DNA of 63,976 bases, the filler included, from Octopus bimaculoides (lineage: Eukaryota): NCBI RefSeq assembly GCF_001194135.2. It is 7 parts of 5 records of this genome, joined end to end, with 100 filler letters (N's around TTAATTAATTAA, not from the genome) between each part and the next. Parts side by side here need not be neighbours in the genome. Positions count along the whole stretch, not along the records: positions 46,449 to 52,763 come from NC_068983.1; positions 52,864 to 62,608 come from NC_068997.1; positions 62,709 to 63,976 come from NW_026345182.1; 4 more parts are not named here. The stretch is one strand, 5' to 3'. Each line of letters opens with the position of its first letter. Position 1 is the stretch's first letter. The translations under genes were made by a program, and so were the position numbers. Positions 51,135-63,976 of the stretch are shown piece by piece. The notes under the pieces were generated by a model that was not told where the DNA came from, searched no databases, and saw nothing but the letters and a program-made list of their open reading frames with translations.

Positions 51135-52180
51135 TTGAAATGGATACATCACTTAAAGACGTACCGATACGCACTCGCAAGGAGTACATCAAAGACATAA
51201 TTATTAAATTCCATGAATTAACAAAAAGAATGAAATGAAAGGCACTACGTCACGATGAGTAACTAAACATGGAAGAAAATATTAAAGAAAATATCAATGA
51301 AGAACTTAACAAAATTAGAAGAAACTTTATATCAAGAAAAGTTCCCCCAATCAGCAAAACATTGGAAATTTTTGAAGATGATTCAAGGAAATTAGTAAAA
51401 AAAATTTTAAGTTTAAGAAAAATCCCTTCAAGAACAAACACTTTGTTCAAGAAAATTAAAGAACAAAGTAAATGAACTTAAGAGAATGAAATGTATGATC
51501 GTCCAGGTGACCAAAACTGGAAATTTGTATAATGTAGACTTGAAACTACACCACGAGCTGTTACATAAAGAAATACTTAAAAAATACAAAATAGTAAATA
51601 AAAATGTTCTCTGATCTGTTCATCTGGAAGCTAAGAAAATAATGAATGAATACAAAATTGAAGACATAACTGAGATTTATGAACCTTCTAGACCAAGAAT
51701 AAGCCTAAAAGACCATAAAGGAAACATTGAAATAGATCCTAACTTTAAACTGATATGCCTCTGTAAATCGGAACTTGGAAAACTTAGCAAAATAATTATA
51801 AACATACTCATTCTCTAAAAAGTAAAATTAAATTTAGCCTACGGTCAAGAACACAAGATGCAATTAATTGATTTACACAGATTCAAGGCAAGAATAAATG
51901 TAAATTTATACAAATAGACATTATCGATTATCTATTAAATAAGGCACTAATATTTGCTAAGAATAGAACAAACTTGTCCATGGAAGAAATAAAAATCATA
52001 CTCGCAGCAAAGAAAACAGTGATATTCCACGAAGGTAACTATCGGGCAAGAAAAGACACACTAGATTATTTTGATACACCAATGGGTGCACATGACTCCG
52101 CCCAGGTAACCGATATAGTTGGAATCTGTTTACTACATAAACTTAAGGAAGAATTTCCTGAAATAGGAGGACTATACCGT
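51135..52180 (+). mobile_element. Penelope-like element, decayed RT N-terminal half, truncated just before the catalytic DD
   Basis: SLKDVPI.TRKEYIKDIIIKFHELTKRMK*KAL, KTGNLYNVD, RISLKDHKGN..ICLCKSELGKLSKII, FDTPMGAHDSAQVTDIVGICLLHKL..GGLYR, then microsatellite. Confidence 0.75.
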
Positions 52181-52193
52181 GCGTGTGTGTGTA

Positions 52194-52275
<82 letters not shown>

Positions 52276-52704
52276 TACATATGTATATAAATTACACTTA
52301 TCCATTGCTAGTATATAGAGTAAGAGTGTATGCCCCTAAACACACACAAGAATAAATAGACTTATTCTCGGAGAGTGTGTAGATCAAAGTAGCATATACA
52401 CAATTTATAATTGCTATATAGAATGATTAAACATGTAGAATATATTCCTATCGGGCAAATATGTAGGTATGAGAAAATCTTTTACCATTTGTATTTTCTT
52501 ATTTGTGGTTGTTTTGTATGTGTATATGTATGTATATCTAGGTATGTACATGTCTATATGTACACATTTAATTCAGTATATATTTTTGGTAAATGTATAT
52601 CCTATCTCAAAGTGCATATGTATGTCGATCTGTATGGTTATATGTGTATATATGTGTGTATGTCCATGTATGTCTGTATGTATGTGTACATACGGATATG
52701 TATG

Positions 52705-52763
<59 letters not shown>

Positions 52764-52863
52764 NNNNNNNNNNNNNNNNNNNNNNNNNNNNNNNNNNNNN
52801 NNNNNNNTTAATTAATTAANNNNNNNNNNNNNNNNNNNNNNNNNNNNNNNNNNNNNNNNNNNN

Positions 52864-52946
<83 letters not shown>

Positions 52947-54656
52947 CCTTCAACAGAGTAATAGTCATATATACAACTTGAACAGACACACATATCAGTA
53001 CATAAACATGTTTATATATACATATACACATACATAGACACATCTACACACCTACATATGTAACTGCTCACATACATACCTACATACATGAGTATATGTG
53101 TATATATATGCTTACGCATGTACACATCCTCATACGTACATGCATACATGCACACATACATAAACATATATCATGAATTTTGTAACCTCAGTGTGAAATA
53201 GTTTTTTCCCTAGGTCTTTTTCCAGTGCATTCAATGTTATCTCATCTCCAAAGATTTGGCTGCTATTTCTAGCATACTCTGCTACTACATATCAGCTATT
53301 TGCAATAAAGAATCCGACATATCTGCTACATGGTAACAGGGCATGCAAGAAATGGAGGGAAAGGAACCGTTTACGCGTGATTTCAATGTCACATTCATTG
53401 AAAGCGTGCGAAATTCCGTTGCTGGGAAACTGAGTTTCCTGGTGACCCAACAGGTCATAAGTAGTCTAATAGTACATTAGAAGTCAGGTTCAATCTTGCT
53501 TGCTTGCAATGTTGCTCAGTGAAACTGGTGCACAATGGGAAAATACCATGAAATAAGGTTACCCTGAAATGTTAATACGAATTGAATGAAACAAGTTTTG
53601 TGTAAATTGGTAAAGAAGTTTTTAGGATATTAAGATTTTCAGGGCATAAATATCCAAAACGGTGCATAATGGGAAATTGTTCTGAAAATAATCTTCACTC
53701 TGAAAGGGAAGAAACTCTTATCTTTCTATTAGTGAGTTCACAACAAAAAGTACAATTTTGTTTTTACAATTTCTATTTTCACTTTTGTTAAGCACAGTAT
53801 TTTAATCATTTAGAAATATTTTTAAGTGAATGTGATTTCAAAAATGTAAGTTGTTTGTACAGTAAGTATGTATATTTTAGCTTTCTTTAAACAGACAATA
53901 TTTTTATGTTTCTTAAAATTATTTGCAAGTGAATACCATTATAAAAATTTTTTTGGCACATTTAAAAAGTATTCTAAAGAAAAAAATGACTAAAAATATG
54001 ATTTGCCTGCTATATCTAGCACCCCCTGCTACTACGTAACAGCTATTTGTGATAAAGGACCCGAAATATCTGTTATGTGGTAGCAGNNNNNNNNNNNNNN
54101 NNNNNNNNNNNNNNNNNNNNNNNNNNNNNNNNNNNNNNNNNNNNNNNNNNNNNNNNNNNNNNNNNNNNNNNNNNNNNNNNNNNNNNNNNNNNNNNNNNNN
54201 NNNNNNNNNNNNNNNNNNNNNNNNNNNNNNNNNNNNNNNNNNNNNNNNNNNNNNNNNNNNNNNNNNNNNNNNNNNNNNNNNNNNNNNNNNNNNNNNNNNN
54301 NNNNNNNNNNNNNNNNNNNNNNNNNNNNNNNNNNNNNNNNNNNNNNNNNNNNNNNNNNNNNNNNNNNNNNNNNNNNNNNNNNNNNNNNNNNNNNNNNNNN
54401 NNNNNNNNNNNNNNNNNNNNNNNNNNNNNNNNNNNNNNNNNNNNNNNNNNNNNNNNNNNNNNNNNNNNNNNNNNNNNNNNNNNNNNNNNNNNNNNNNNNN
54501 NNNNNNNNNNNNNNNNNNNNNNNNNNNNNNNNNNNNNNNNNNNNNNNNNNNNNNNNNNNNNNNNNNNNNNNNNNNNNNNNNNNNNNNNNNNNNNNNNNNN
54601 NNNNNNNNNNNNNNNNNNNNNNNNNNNNNNNNNNNNNNNNNNNNNNNNNNNNNNNA

Positions 54657-57600
54657 CAACACACCTATCTGGATTATTACTCTATTCTTTGTAAGTAAAC
54701 TAGAGAAATATAACATTTTTTGAAGTGGACTTTTTACAATTGGATAAGAAAGACTATTCTTGTGGAGTGGACTTTTTACTTCGACACACAGATATAATTA
54801 TTTGAAAGGTAAACAACCAGTTTCGCACATAAGCTTCATTTTAGATAAAACATTATTTTAACTATTTTTATGTTGATAACAATGGCAAAACAAAGCGGTG
54901 AGAGGGAATAAATGGAGCTACAGACGCAACAGCACAGAGAAGATATGGAAGCTTTGAGAAGGCTGATTCAAGTTTAAATTTCTGAAAAAGATTCCAGTCC
55001 AAATTCCCATATTCCAACTTCTGCTATCCCACCATTTGTTGCTTTTGACTCAGCATCTGAATTGTGGCCTGATTACTGGTCAAGATTCTGCACCTTTATT
55101 ATGGCAAATGCTGTGCCTGACCAGCACAAGGCTCAAATTTTTGTGACAAATCAAACCATTGCTATTTATAAACAACTGGTGAATCCGGCTACTCAACAGA
55201 GTCCACCAAAGGATATTAATGAGTTGACAATGGAGGCAATTTCAAGTTCTGGAGTGACATGCAACAGAAGCCAGGCAAAACTCTCCAGGAACTGGCAGCG
55301 TGTATATGACAAGATACTGCTACCTGTGACTTTCCTTCTATCACAGACCCTCAAGATGAAGCTCTTAGGCAGAGATTCATAAGTTGTCAACAATAAAGCT
55401 GTCTTAAAGACTCTTTTTAAGATCAAGGACACAGAGCTGGACTTTGCCCATGCTTTCCAAGATGCAATTGAGACCGAAGACACAGCAAAGGTTGTCAATG
55501 AAACTGTCTACAATTCCAATACCAGGTCTGTCAACAAGGTCAAGCAAACCCAGAACAAGGGTCAACGAATAAACCACCAGCAGTCTAATTCCACCGACCC
55601 TAAGTTGGGAAACAACTAGGGAAATGATGTCAGATATTGCTATGAGTCTGCTAGCAAGCATGACTTGCCCATGCTAGGAACTTTCATGGTCGAAACCAAG
55701 GATCCAATGACTGGTAAACAAAGCAGAATTTCTTACATTGTCACCAAGATCCTTGACCTGAACTTGCTGGGATGAAACGCTATCCAGACACTAGAAATTT
55801 CTGTAGACAACATTCTTGGACTGAAGTGCATAGGGAGTCAAGACAAGTAAGGGTGCAGAACCATCACATCCTAAATCCTCTAACAAGCCTTATGCTTCCC
55901 TGCAACGACATTGCCACAATCTCTGTGACGAGTTTCCAGATCTTTTCAAAGAAGAATTGGGATGTCTTAAGGATTTCAAACTGGAAGTAAAATTGAAGTT
56001 TGATACAACGCCAGTTTTTTTACAAGACTCAACCAATTCCATTTGCTGACCTGGCCAAAGGTTATGAAGAAGGTATCGCAAAAGAAGTCTAGCAGCAAGT
56101 CCAGTTCAATGAATACTGAATGCCAGTGGTACCGATTCGCAAAGCACATAATCCGGGCACTCTGAAGTCCAAGTTACGAATTTGTGGTGACTACTCAGTT
56201 GGCATCAACAATCACCTAAAAGAACACCGTCATCCAATGCCACTCGTAGAGGAACTGATGCAGAAGCTGGGAGGTGGATGCAGTTATACAAAAATTGACC
56301 TTGCTGATGCCTACAACCAGATCAAACTGGCACCAGAGAGTCAATGAAGGCTAGCCCTCAGCACTCATTTTATAGTACTCCTGCAGCAATGACTCTGATT
56401 TGGAATCAAATCAGTGCCTGGTTACTTCCAGTAATCTGGCTGTAGTTGCCATATTCCAAGATGATATGCTCATCAGAAGGAAAGATGCAGATCACCACTT
56501 GAGCAGCCTGAGGCATTTGCTTTCTTGTCTGAATGACAAAGGACTCAAATGTTGCCATGAAAAGTGCTTGTTTGCACAAACCAGTGTATAATATCTTGGC
56601 CATGCCTTATCACCTGAAGGAATCGTGAAGGAATTCAAAGTTGAGGCAGTCATGAAGATGCTACCCCCTATATATGTCTCAAGCTTAAAGTCTTACTTGG
56701 GTTCGGTTCAGTTCTATGGAAAGTTTATCCCAAACCTGGCCACTATGGCTGAGCCACTTTACCATTTAACCAAGAAGGCAACTCCTTGGAAGTGAAGAGA
56801 TGAATAGCAAAGAGTGTTTAAACAGTTGAAAAGCTCATTATCTTCGAAAAGTTTTGGAAGTTGTTGGAGTCACTCAGTATTTACCATGGATCAAGTGTTG
56901 TGATTCCACAGAGCCTACAGTCCAATATTCTAGATCTTCTGCATATCGGATAATTAGCAAGAACTGCTGTCTACTGGCCCGATATTGATGTAGCTATTGA
57001 AATGGCTAATCAACAATGTGACTCATGTGGTGAATATTAAAATAAGCCATCCAAGCCTACAGTTCAACTATGGATGCTACCAGAGAAGCCATGGAGCCGC
57101 TTACACATAGATCATGTTTCTCATGATATCCAACATCATCCACATCCACTAGAGCCACTCTAGATCTGCTGGAAGAAGACTTTGCTAACTTTGGCTATCC
57201 TGACACGCTGGTCACAGATAATGCATCAACTTTCCTTTGAAGAATTTCAGAGCTGGTGCAAAGAACATGGGATCACATACCTGACAGGTGCACCATACTA
57301 TCCTGCTATTAACGGAGCAGCAGAACGTTTGGTGCTGTCTTTCAAGCAAGCACTGAGAAAATCTTCTCTGCTCCTAAAGCAAGCTCTTCAGGAGTTTTTA
57401 ATGCAGTACCGGAGAACACTGACATCCTGTGGACTCTCTCCAAGTGAACTCTTGATGTCCTGGCAGATCCGGACTAGGATTGACTTTCTGCTGCCCTCTT
57501 CAGTACACATAGCTCAGGGCAAGCGATCCAAGGTGTCATCAAAGGTGGAGATAACAACAGACTCAGAAGGTGTTGCCAAAGTAACCAAACAGTACAAGAC

Positions 57601-58215
57601 TAGTGATCCTCTACATGCACTGTACAATGGACCTTTCTGTGACAAGCAGCCATGATGGGTAGCAGCAGTTGTCATGAAGTCTTTGGGTACTCGCTGTTTC
57701 AATGTCAAGGTTTTTCCTCGTGGCCCAGCATGGAGATGACACTACATCCATGCTATGCTTCTGCAGAGGCCTGAGAACCTGGGGATGAGACTGAAAATAT
57801 TTCTGTGCTTCCAACAGATCATCCAATGGAAATCCTGGAAGAAGTGCCACAAAACTAAACCACTTGTACCAGAGTATGAACTGAACAACGCTAGATGATC
57901 CAAAAGAACACCCAAGCCTAGAAAGGGACATTGTTGTTGATTCCTCTAGTGTAGCATCAGTTTCAGTGGGGAGGTATTGTGGAGATTACTAGGCAATAGA
58001 ATTAAAAGTTCTGGAACTTGCAAGAATGTTCACAAGGCATTTTGATTTTTGTTTACATTATTATTACGGCCTTGAGTTTTACAGTTGGAATAAACAGACT
58101 TCACACCTACTACTCTGTTTTCTTTGCAAGTAAATGAGAGCATATTGAACCACAAACAACACACCTATCTGGATTATTACTCTATTCTTTGTAAGTAAAA
58201 AAGAGAAATATAACA
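54657..58215 (+). mobile_element. Gypsy (Mag/K02A2.6-like) LTR retrotransposon, pseudogenised; RNase H largely deleted
   Basis: gag ELWPDYWSRFCTFIMAN..AQIFVTNQ. RT PVVPIRK..LRICGDY..HPMP..KIDLADAYNQI, FQDD, YLGH. Integrase YWPDID..CDSC, PWSRLHID, GYPDTLVTDNAS, APYYPAINGAAER. PPT GGGGAGGTA at ~57968. Confidence 0.9.
57978..58215 (+). repeat. 3' LTR (238 bp, TG...CA); matching 5' LTR end at 54657-54715
   Basis: ACAACACACCTATCTGGATTATTACTCTATTCTTTGTAAGTAAA..AGAGAAATATAACA is present at both ends. The rest of the 5' LTR is in the gap. Confidence 0.85.
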
Positions 58216-58757
58216 AAAACACTGCGTCTTATCATAGAAACAGCTGTACATTATATAATTTTGTGTTCCTTTGTCATTTATTTAATTTCATATTCCACTC
58301 AGTACTCAACTAATGCTTTTACTGGAACATATGTATTATTAAGTTCTGATATCAGGTTATTAGTATTGCTATATTAAGCCAAATATTAAGATATATGTAA
58401 ATATAGGCAAGTGAGAATTGGGGTGAGGCAAAACACTTTCCAAGGGCTAATGTCTTGAGTGTGCACTCGTAAAAGGTGCTATACTACTGCTTATTCCCAG
58501 CTTCCAGATTAATCCTATGGGATGGTTATGTATGCAGAACTCCATGTAGCTTAAGATAAATATAATAATAATGAAAAGTTTTTGGATGGAAATTTATATA
58601 TTTTGTTAATGCATTGCTACATATGCTTCTGCATAACACGTTTGTTCGTGACTATTCTGACAGCCATAGGGTATTGTTAAATATTATTTATAATATCTAT
58701 GAATCTTAAGGAAGTCCATTACTTCATGTGCATATTTTATCAGGCATTTTCATGAAA

Positions 58758-58794
<37 letters not shown>

Positions 58795-59046
58795 ATGCAA
58801 ACAGGAAAAATAGAACTCAAAATATGAGAATATGTATATTTTTATTAATATTTAGCAGAAACAAACTTTGATAAGTGCCAATGGATGAAACTCTTGAACC
58901 TCAAGTCACTCTATTGCTGCCAGTGGCCTGGGAACAAAATTTGCTTACGGAGTGCAAACCTTGGTTCAAATTTTTTTACGAAAAAGTAGATTTTTTCAAT
59001 GTTAACATTAAAGCAAATGCAGATATAATAATGATTTTTATGATTA

Positions 59047-59530
59047 TGAGGGTCAGCTGAAATGTACATAGGCTGAGCAGGACACTCTCATGGAATGAGA
59101 CCAAATGAAGTTCATTTTTTAACATATTTCCTCTTACTGTCCACACACTTCCATCAGTACTTACAGTGCTTGGATCGCACTGGTGAAGAATCTATCTTGT
59201 TGGTCAAAATAGTCATCATCACAGTAACACTGGTGCCCAGCCGAGTGTTTTTTCATGTTGGGAAATAGATGATAATCAGATGGAACCAAATCACTAACAT
59301 AGGAGGGTGATTGACCAGTTCAAAGCCAGTTACACACAGCAGCCATTGAAACCAAGGACTTGTGTGCTGAAACATTGTTCTAATGAAACAAGACCCCATT
59401 CATCAGTTTTTCAGGACACTTGGTCTTGATAGCTTTTCATAACTGCCTCAGCAAATTGGCATTGAACTTTCCATTGATGGTGTGATCATTTTGAAGATAG
59501 TCGATGAACACAATATTCTTTGCATTAACA
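59047..59530 (-). mobile_element. mariner transposon 3' half, decayed
   Basis: IDYLQNDHTING..LFH*NNVSAH..SDLVPSDYHLFPNMKKH. Terminal TA|TGAGGGTCAGCTGAAA (CGAGGG-type TIR). Confidence 0.75.
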
Positions 59531-60353
59531 TACAATATATGTAATAATGTGAAATATATTTTATGTATTAAATTGTTTAATTTTGGAAATTTATCAAGCG
59601 AAGCAAACATAAAGCAGTAAAAAGACAAATTGCAAGTATTTAAAAATGTGAGACACTACATGACAAAAACTAACAAAAAAGAAAGAAAATAGTGGTGCTT
59701 GTGTTCCAAAAGTATGATGAGAGGGCTCAGGAGAAGAATAGAAAGATGAGATTGAAGGAAAGAAAAGAATGGAAAGTGAAAAGATAAAATGGGTGGGGGG
59801 TGAAGTGAATGCTAGGCAGGAGATGAAACAAAATACATGTGCTACCTATGCACTGGTCAAGTAGGAAAAAGATGAGTGATAAAAATTTGGATGGTCTTTT
59901 GGTACCAAAAAGGGAAGAAAGAGAGACAGAGTGGAGTAGAGAAGGTTGGGGAAGAGCAAGCACGAAGACAGAGGGAGTGCAGAGAATAAAGATAGACAGC
60001 AGGTAGTTGACAGAGATGGACAGATGAAGAAATGGAAGGTAGTAGAGAGAAAGGCAATAGATAGGTAGAGAGGCAGATAGAAACAGATGGGGAAAGTTTT
60101 ATGCACAAGAGGGGATAGGAGAAGGATAGAAAAGAGAGAAAATCCCACTCCAAATATTGAACAGTGTGTGGGGTACCACTGAATAGGAACAGAAGTGGGG
60201 TGTGCAACATTACATTAACTAATAACCATAAAATGTTGCACAGAAAGCAGAGAGAGAGAAAACACCTAGCTAACACCCTCTGACATATTTAATGACAATT
60301 ATGGTTTTCCTTTTTGACAATTCATTGCTAAACGACTGCCTAATTTAATTATA

Positions 60354-61714
60354 CAGGGTGGGGCAGAGAGGATGAATGTTTTTGAAATGGCTATCACTCA
60401 GCCCCAGAGGGAGGGACATATGTCCGACAGGTACCATTTGGTCCATAGTATCTTAGCATTTTTTTTCTTTTCAAGTGAAGCCATGGCACTGTGGACAATA
60501 GAGCATTGCATGTTTACCTATGACAGTTACATGAAGAATAACAAGTCTGTCACAGCAGTTCAGAGTGTGTTTCAGTGCCACTTCAACATTCACCAAAATC
60601 AGGCTGTTCTCACTCATAACACAATCTTACTTTGGGTGAATGCACTTTGTACACGAGGTACACTAATGAGTAGGCGACTAGTGGGGGCACCATGAACAGT
60701 ACGGACCCTGGAAAATGTGGAATGCGTCACACAAGCTTTGATAGAGTCCAAATTACTCAGCTAGGAGGCATTCCACTGAACTTGGCATCAGTAATCAATC
60801 AGTAAGGCATATTTTGATTGAAGACCTGCATTTCCACCTGTACAAATTGGTCATTGGGCAACAGTTGAAACCATGGGCCTATGCACAGCAGCTTAACTTC
60901 GCATGTCAGATGGAAGCAATTTTTGAGGCAAATGACAACCTCATTTTGTTAATGAGTGATGAAGCTCAATGGCATGGTGAATCATCAGAACTGTTGTTAT
61001 TGGGCTCTTGAATCTCAATGGCATGGTGAATCATCAGAACTGTTATTGGGCTCTTGAAAATCCAAGAGAACTGCATGAAATACCACTGCATAGCCCAAAA
61101 GTGATGGTCTGGTGTACTGTTAGTAAAGCTGCCATCATTGGTTCTTACTTGAAGACAATGATGGAAATTCTGTTACTGTGAACTTCAAGCATTACATCTA
61201 GATGATAAACAACTTCTTTGTGCCTGAATTATGATGGAAACATATGTCTATTTGATGTGTGTGGTTTCAGTAGAATGGGGCGACGGCCCACACAGCCAGA
61301 GCATCAATGGATGTTCTTTGCTTCGGTGACCACCTCATTTCCAGGTTTGCTGACATTCCTTGGCCCCTCACTCCCCTGAGTTGTCCATGTGTGATTATTT
61401 CTTGTGGGGAAACCTCAAGGCATATGTATATGTGCATAAGCCCTGTACATTGGACAATTTGAAGGAAGATATTCATGTGGAAGTCGTCCAAATTGACAGA
61501 GCATTGCTGGAGAGAGTGGAGGCCAACTTCCAAGAATGCCTTCAGAAATGCATCAATGAAAACGGACACCACATGATGGATGTTGTTTTCCACAGTTGAT
61601 TTTGACTAATGCTAATTCAATATGAACACATTGATGTCAATAGAATTTGTTTGCAGCAAAAATTAATGATTTTGTGAATTTTTCAAAAGCGTCCATTCTC
61701 TCTGTCCCACCCTG
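60354..61714 (+). mobile_element. Tc1/mariner-superfamily element, full length (1361 bp), probably DD41D/rosa-like; transposase decayed (60483-61599)
   Basis: TIRs CAGGGTGGG(G/A)CAGAGAG..TTTTGAAA with TA on both sides. SDEA, GATAHTARASM, WPPHSPELSMCDYFLWGNLKAYVY. The D-D spacing cannot be counted exactly because of indels. Confidence 0.85.
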
Positions 61715-61734
61715 TATATATATGCATATGTTTT

Positions 61735-61990
61735 TCTACTTTTAATTGTTTTAGTCATTTGACTGCAGCCATACTGGAGTACCGCCTTAAAGGATTTTAG
61801 TCAATGAAATCTACCCCAAGACTTATTCTTTGTAAGCCTAGTACTTATTCTATCGGTCTCTCTTGCTGAACTGCTAAGGTATGGGGACATAAACACACCA
61901 GATTGGTTGTCAAGCGATGGTGGGTGGGGGGCAGGGACAAAGACAGAACCACACACATACACACATGCACATGACCGGCTTCCTTCAGTT
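61735..61990 (-). mobile_element. SINE family B, 3' part
   Basis: TAGTCATTTGACTGCAGCCATACTGGAGTACCGCC..AAGCCTAGTACTTATTCTATCGGTCTC. Confidence 0.85.
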
Positions 61991-61994
61991 TCTT

Positions 61995-62225
61995 ATTTCT
62001 TTATTGCCCACAAGGGGCTAAACATAGAGGGGACAAACAAGGACAGACAAAGTGATTAAGTCGATTACATCGACCCCAGTGCATAACTGGTACTTAATTT
62101 ATCGACCCCGAAAGGATGAAAGGCAAAGTCGACCTTGGCGGAATTTGAACTCAGAACGTAATGGCAGAAGAAATACCGCTAAGCATTTCGCCTGGTGTGT
62201 AAATGTTTCTGCTAGCTCGCCACCT
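61995..62225 (-). mobile_element. SINE family A variant with a Tx1-like 3' tail
   Basis: Family A head and core, but the tail is TTTGTCCCCTCTATGTTTAGCCCCTTGTGGGCAATAAAGAAAT. Confidence 0.8.
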
Positions 62226-62467
62226 TTCAGTTTCTGTCAACTAAATCCACTCTTGTGATTTTATGTAATGCCTTTAATGTTTCTCTTCCGTACAGCAGCC
62301 TTGCCTTACCAGCCATTTTCTCATATATATAATGTAGATTAGATTAGTACAAATGCTCCTATGTTTTATGTTAGAACATGACAGTATGGTTTTTCATATG
62401 CTCCTATGTTTATATGATGATATATAGCTTGAAACATTAATCTTCTATATATATATATAAATGAGAA

Positions 62468-62515
<48 letters not shown>

Positions 62516-62708
62516 TCCCTAAAACTCGAGAACTACACAACCAATTTCATTCAAATTTTACACATGCCTTACTTAGGGTCCCAGTTGTGTTTTAGTCAAA
62601 AATTTTTTNNNNNNNNNNNNNNNNNNNNNNNNNNNNNNNNNNNNNNNNNNNNTTAATTAATTAANNNNNNNNNNNNNNNNNNNNNNNNNNNNNNNNNNNN
62701 NNNNNNNN

Positions 62709-62803
62709 ACACGCACTGGTTCAATTCCACTCCTTTATTATTAGTCAATTGGTTAAATTTCTAACTAATAACTAAGGAGTGGAACTGGACCAGTGCATGT
62801 GTT
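62709..62803. repeat. Small imperfect hairpin, ~37-bp arms
   Basis: ACACGCACTGGTTCAATTCCACTCCTT..TTATTAGT vs ACTAATAA..AAGGAGTGGAACTGGACCAGTGCATGTGT. Confidence 0.75.
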
Positions 62804-62929
62804 AATAATATTGGCATAATGACTCTCCCTAGACACAATAAAATTTGTTTCAACACACGAATTCATATAAAGAATCTTGCAAACCAGATACAAATAGGAA
62901 ATATATACATATATATATAAATATGTATA

Positions 62930-63085
62930 CGATAGGCTTCTTTCAGTTTCCGTATATCAAATCTACTCACAAGACTTTGGTCGGCCCGAGGCTATAGTAT
63001 AAAACAGTTGCCGAAGGTTCCACGCAGTGGAACTGAACTCGGAACCATGTGGTTGGGAAGCAAGCTTCTTACCACGTAGCCTCGC

Positions 63086-63090
<5 letters not shown>
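62930..63090 (-). mobile_element. SINE family B, 5' half
   Basis: GGCTTCTTTCAGTTTCCG..GGTCGGCCCGAGGCTATAGTA..GGAACCATGTGGTTGGGAAGCAAG. Confidence 0.85.
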
Positions 63091-63124
<34 letters not shown>

Positions 63125-63289
63125 GCTCTGTGCCTGTATGTGTCTGTGTAGATATATTTTATATTATATTATGTTATATTAAATATTACGTTCATATAGG
63201 TATTTACAATACGTGATTTCTGGCAGGAAGGACAACTCCTTGTTTTAAATACGAATATAACCGGACATATCTCAGGCTCGCGTCTTATC

Positions 63290-63545
63290 CACTGGTTCTC
63301 AACCGCTGAATGCCAATGGACCTCCTTTGATGACTATTTTACACCGATAGACCCTCATAGCTATTCGATGTTTAAAAAATATATTTTTATAGTTCTTTAA
63401 TTTAAACATCATTAGGAATTGTATTTTAAAAAAAGTTAAAACATTTTATGTATTGTAGAACTAAAACCAATTTATATAAACTTTAACAACAAAATCTTAC
63501 ATGGACCCCCAAGCGTCATATGATCCCGAGTTGGGAATCCCTTGT
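63290..63545. mobile_element. Possible hAT-type MITE
   Basis: Ends CACTGGTTCTCAACC and GAGTTGGGAATCCCTTG resemble the CAGTGGTTCTCAACC/GGTTGAGAACCACTG hAT TIR type. TSD not convincing. Confidence 0.4.
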
Positions 63546-63665
63546 CTAGACCCTTGTTTGGATATTTAAACTAGTAGTCTTTGCATTTCTGCTCAGGATT
63601 TGTAATACGTTCACGAAGTTACAAATCTTTGGCTCTATAGCACCTATTTTTTAAACTTAAAATAC

Positions 63666-63890
63666 ATCCATCCATCCATTTTCTCCGCCTACGATTCCTG
63701 AGAGGTTCGTGGAGTGGAGACTTTAAGCACCTCCTCCATAAGGTCCTATCAGAAGCAAAACCGTATTTACACTTACCGGCTGGATTCCCAAGCGTGACTA
63801 ACTGCGACTATGGATATTGTTGAACCATCTCGTCTTTGGTCTACCCCCAGGTTTCCTGCTGGGTGGCTCAGCTTGAAGAACCGAGGATCC
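63666..63890 (-). mobile_element. RTE-clade (Expander/Rex3-like) LINE 3' end with (GGAT)n tail
   Basis: Minus strand LQAEPPSRKPGGRPKTRWFNNI..LGIQP..SDRTLWRR, then GGATGGATGGATG. Confidence 0.6.
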
Positions 63891-63976
63891 CTAAATACAC
63901 ATACACATACATGCATGCACATATATACATACACATATACACACACACACATACAAAGAAATATATATATATATAT

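Noticed and set aside
58850-58990. Possible host exon after a TTTAG acceptor
   Set aside because: No convincing donor or recognisable peptide.

Overview
Eukaryotic, AT-rich, gap-ridden genomic DNA that is almost entirely decayed transposable elements and microsatellites. I can support no host protein-coding gene, tRNA/rRNA gene or CRISPR array. The abundant SINE families match those I recall from octopus genomes, so an octopod cephalopod is the likely source (inference). Elements seen: about nine R4/Dong-clade RLE retrotransposon copies (two near full length), a Tx1/L1-like LINE, two RTE-clade LINEs, a Penelope-like RT, a Gypsy LTR element, a Helitron carrying a nested mariner and SINE, two further Tc1/mariner elements, an Academ-like transposon, at least three tRNA-derived SINE families and several foldback structures. 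The strongest pattern is a strand-polarised use of (TAA/TTA)n microsatellites. Dong copies lie with (TAA)n on their sense strand, while the Tx1-like LINE and one SINE family lie with (ATT)n on theirs, producing nested insertion chains. All family calls come from motif recognition by eye, with no database search. Boundaries are approximate unless a TSD or TIR is quoted.
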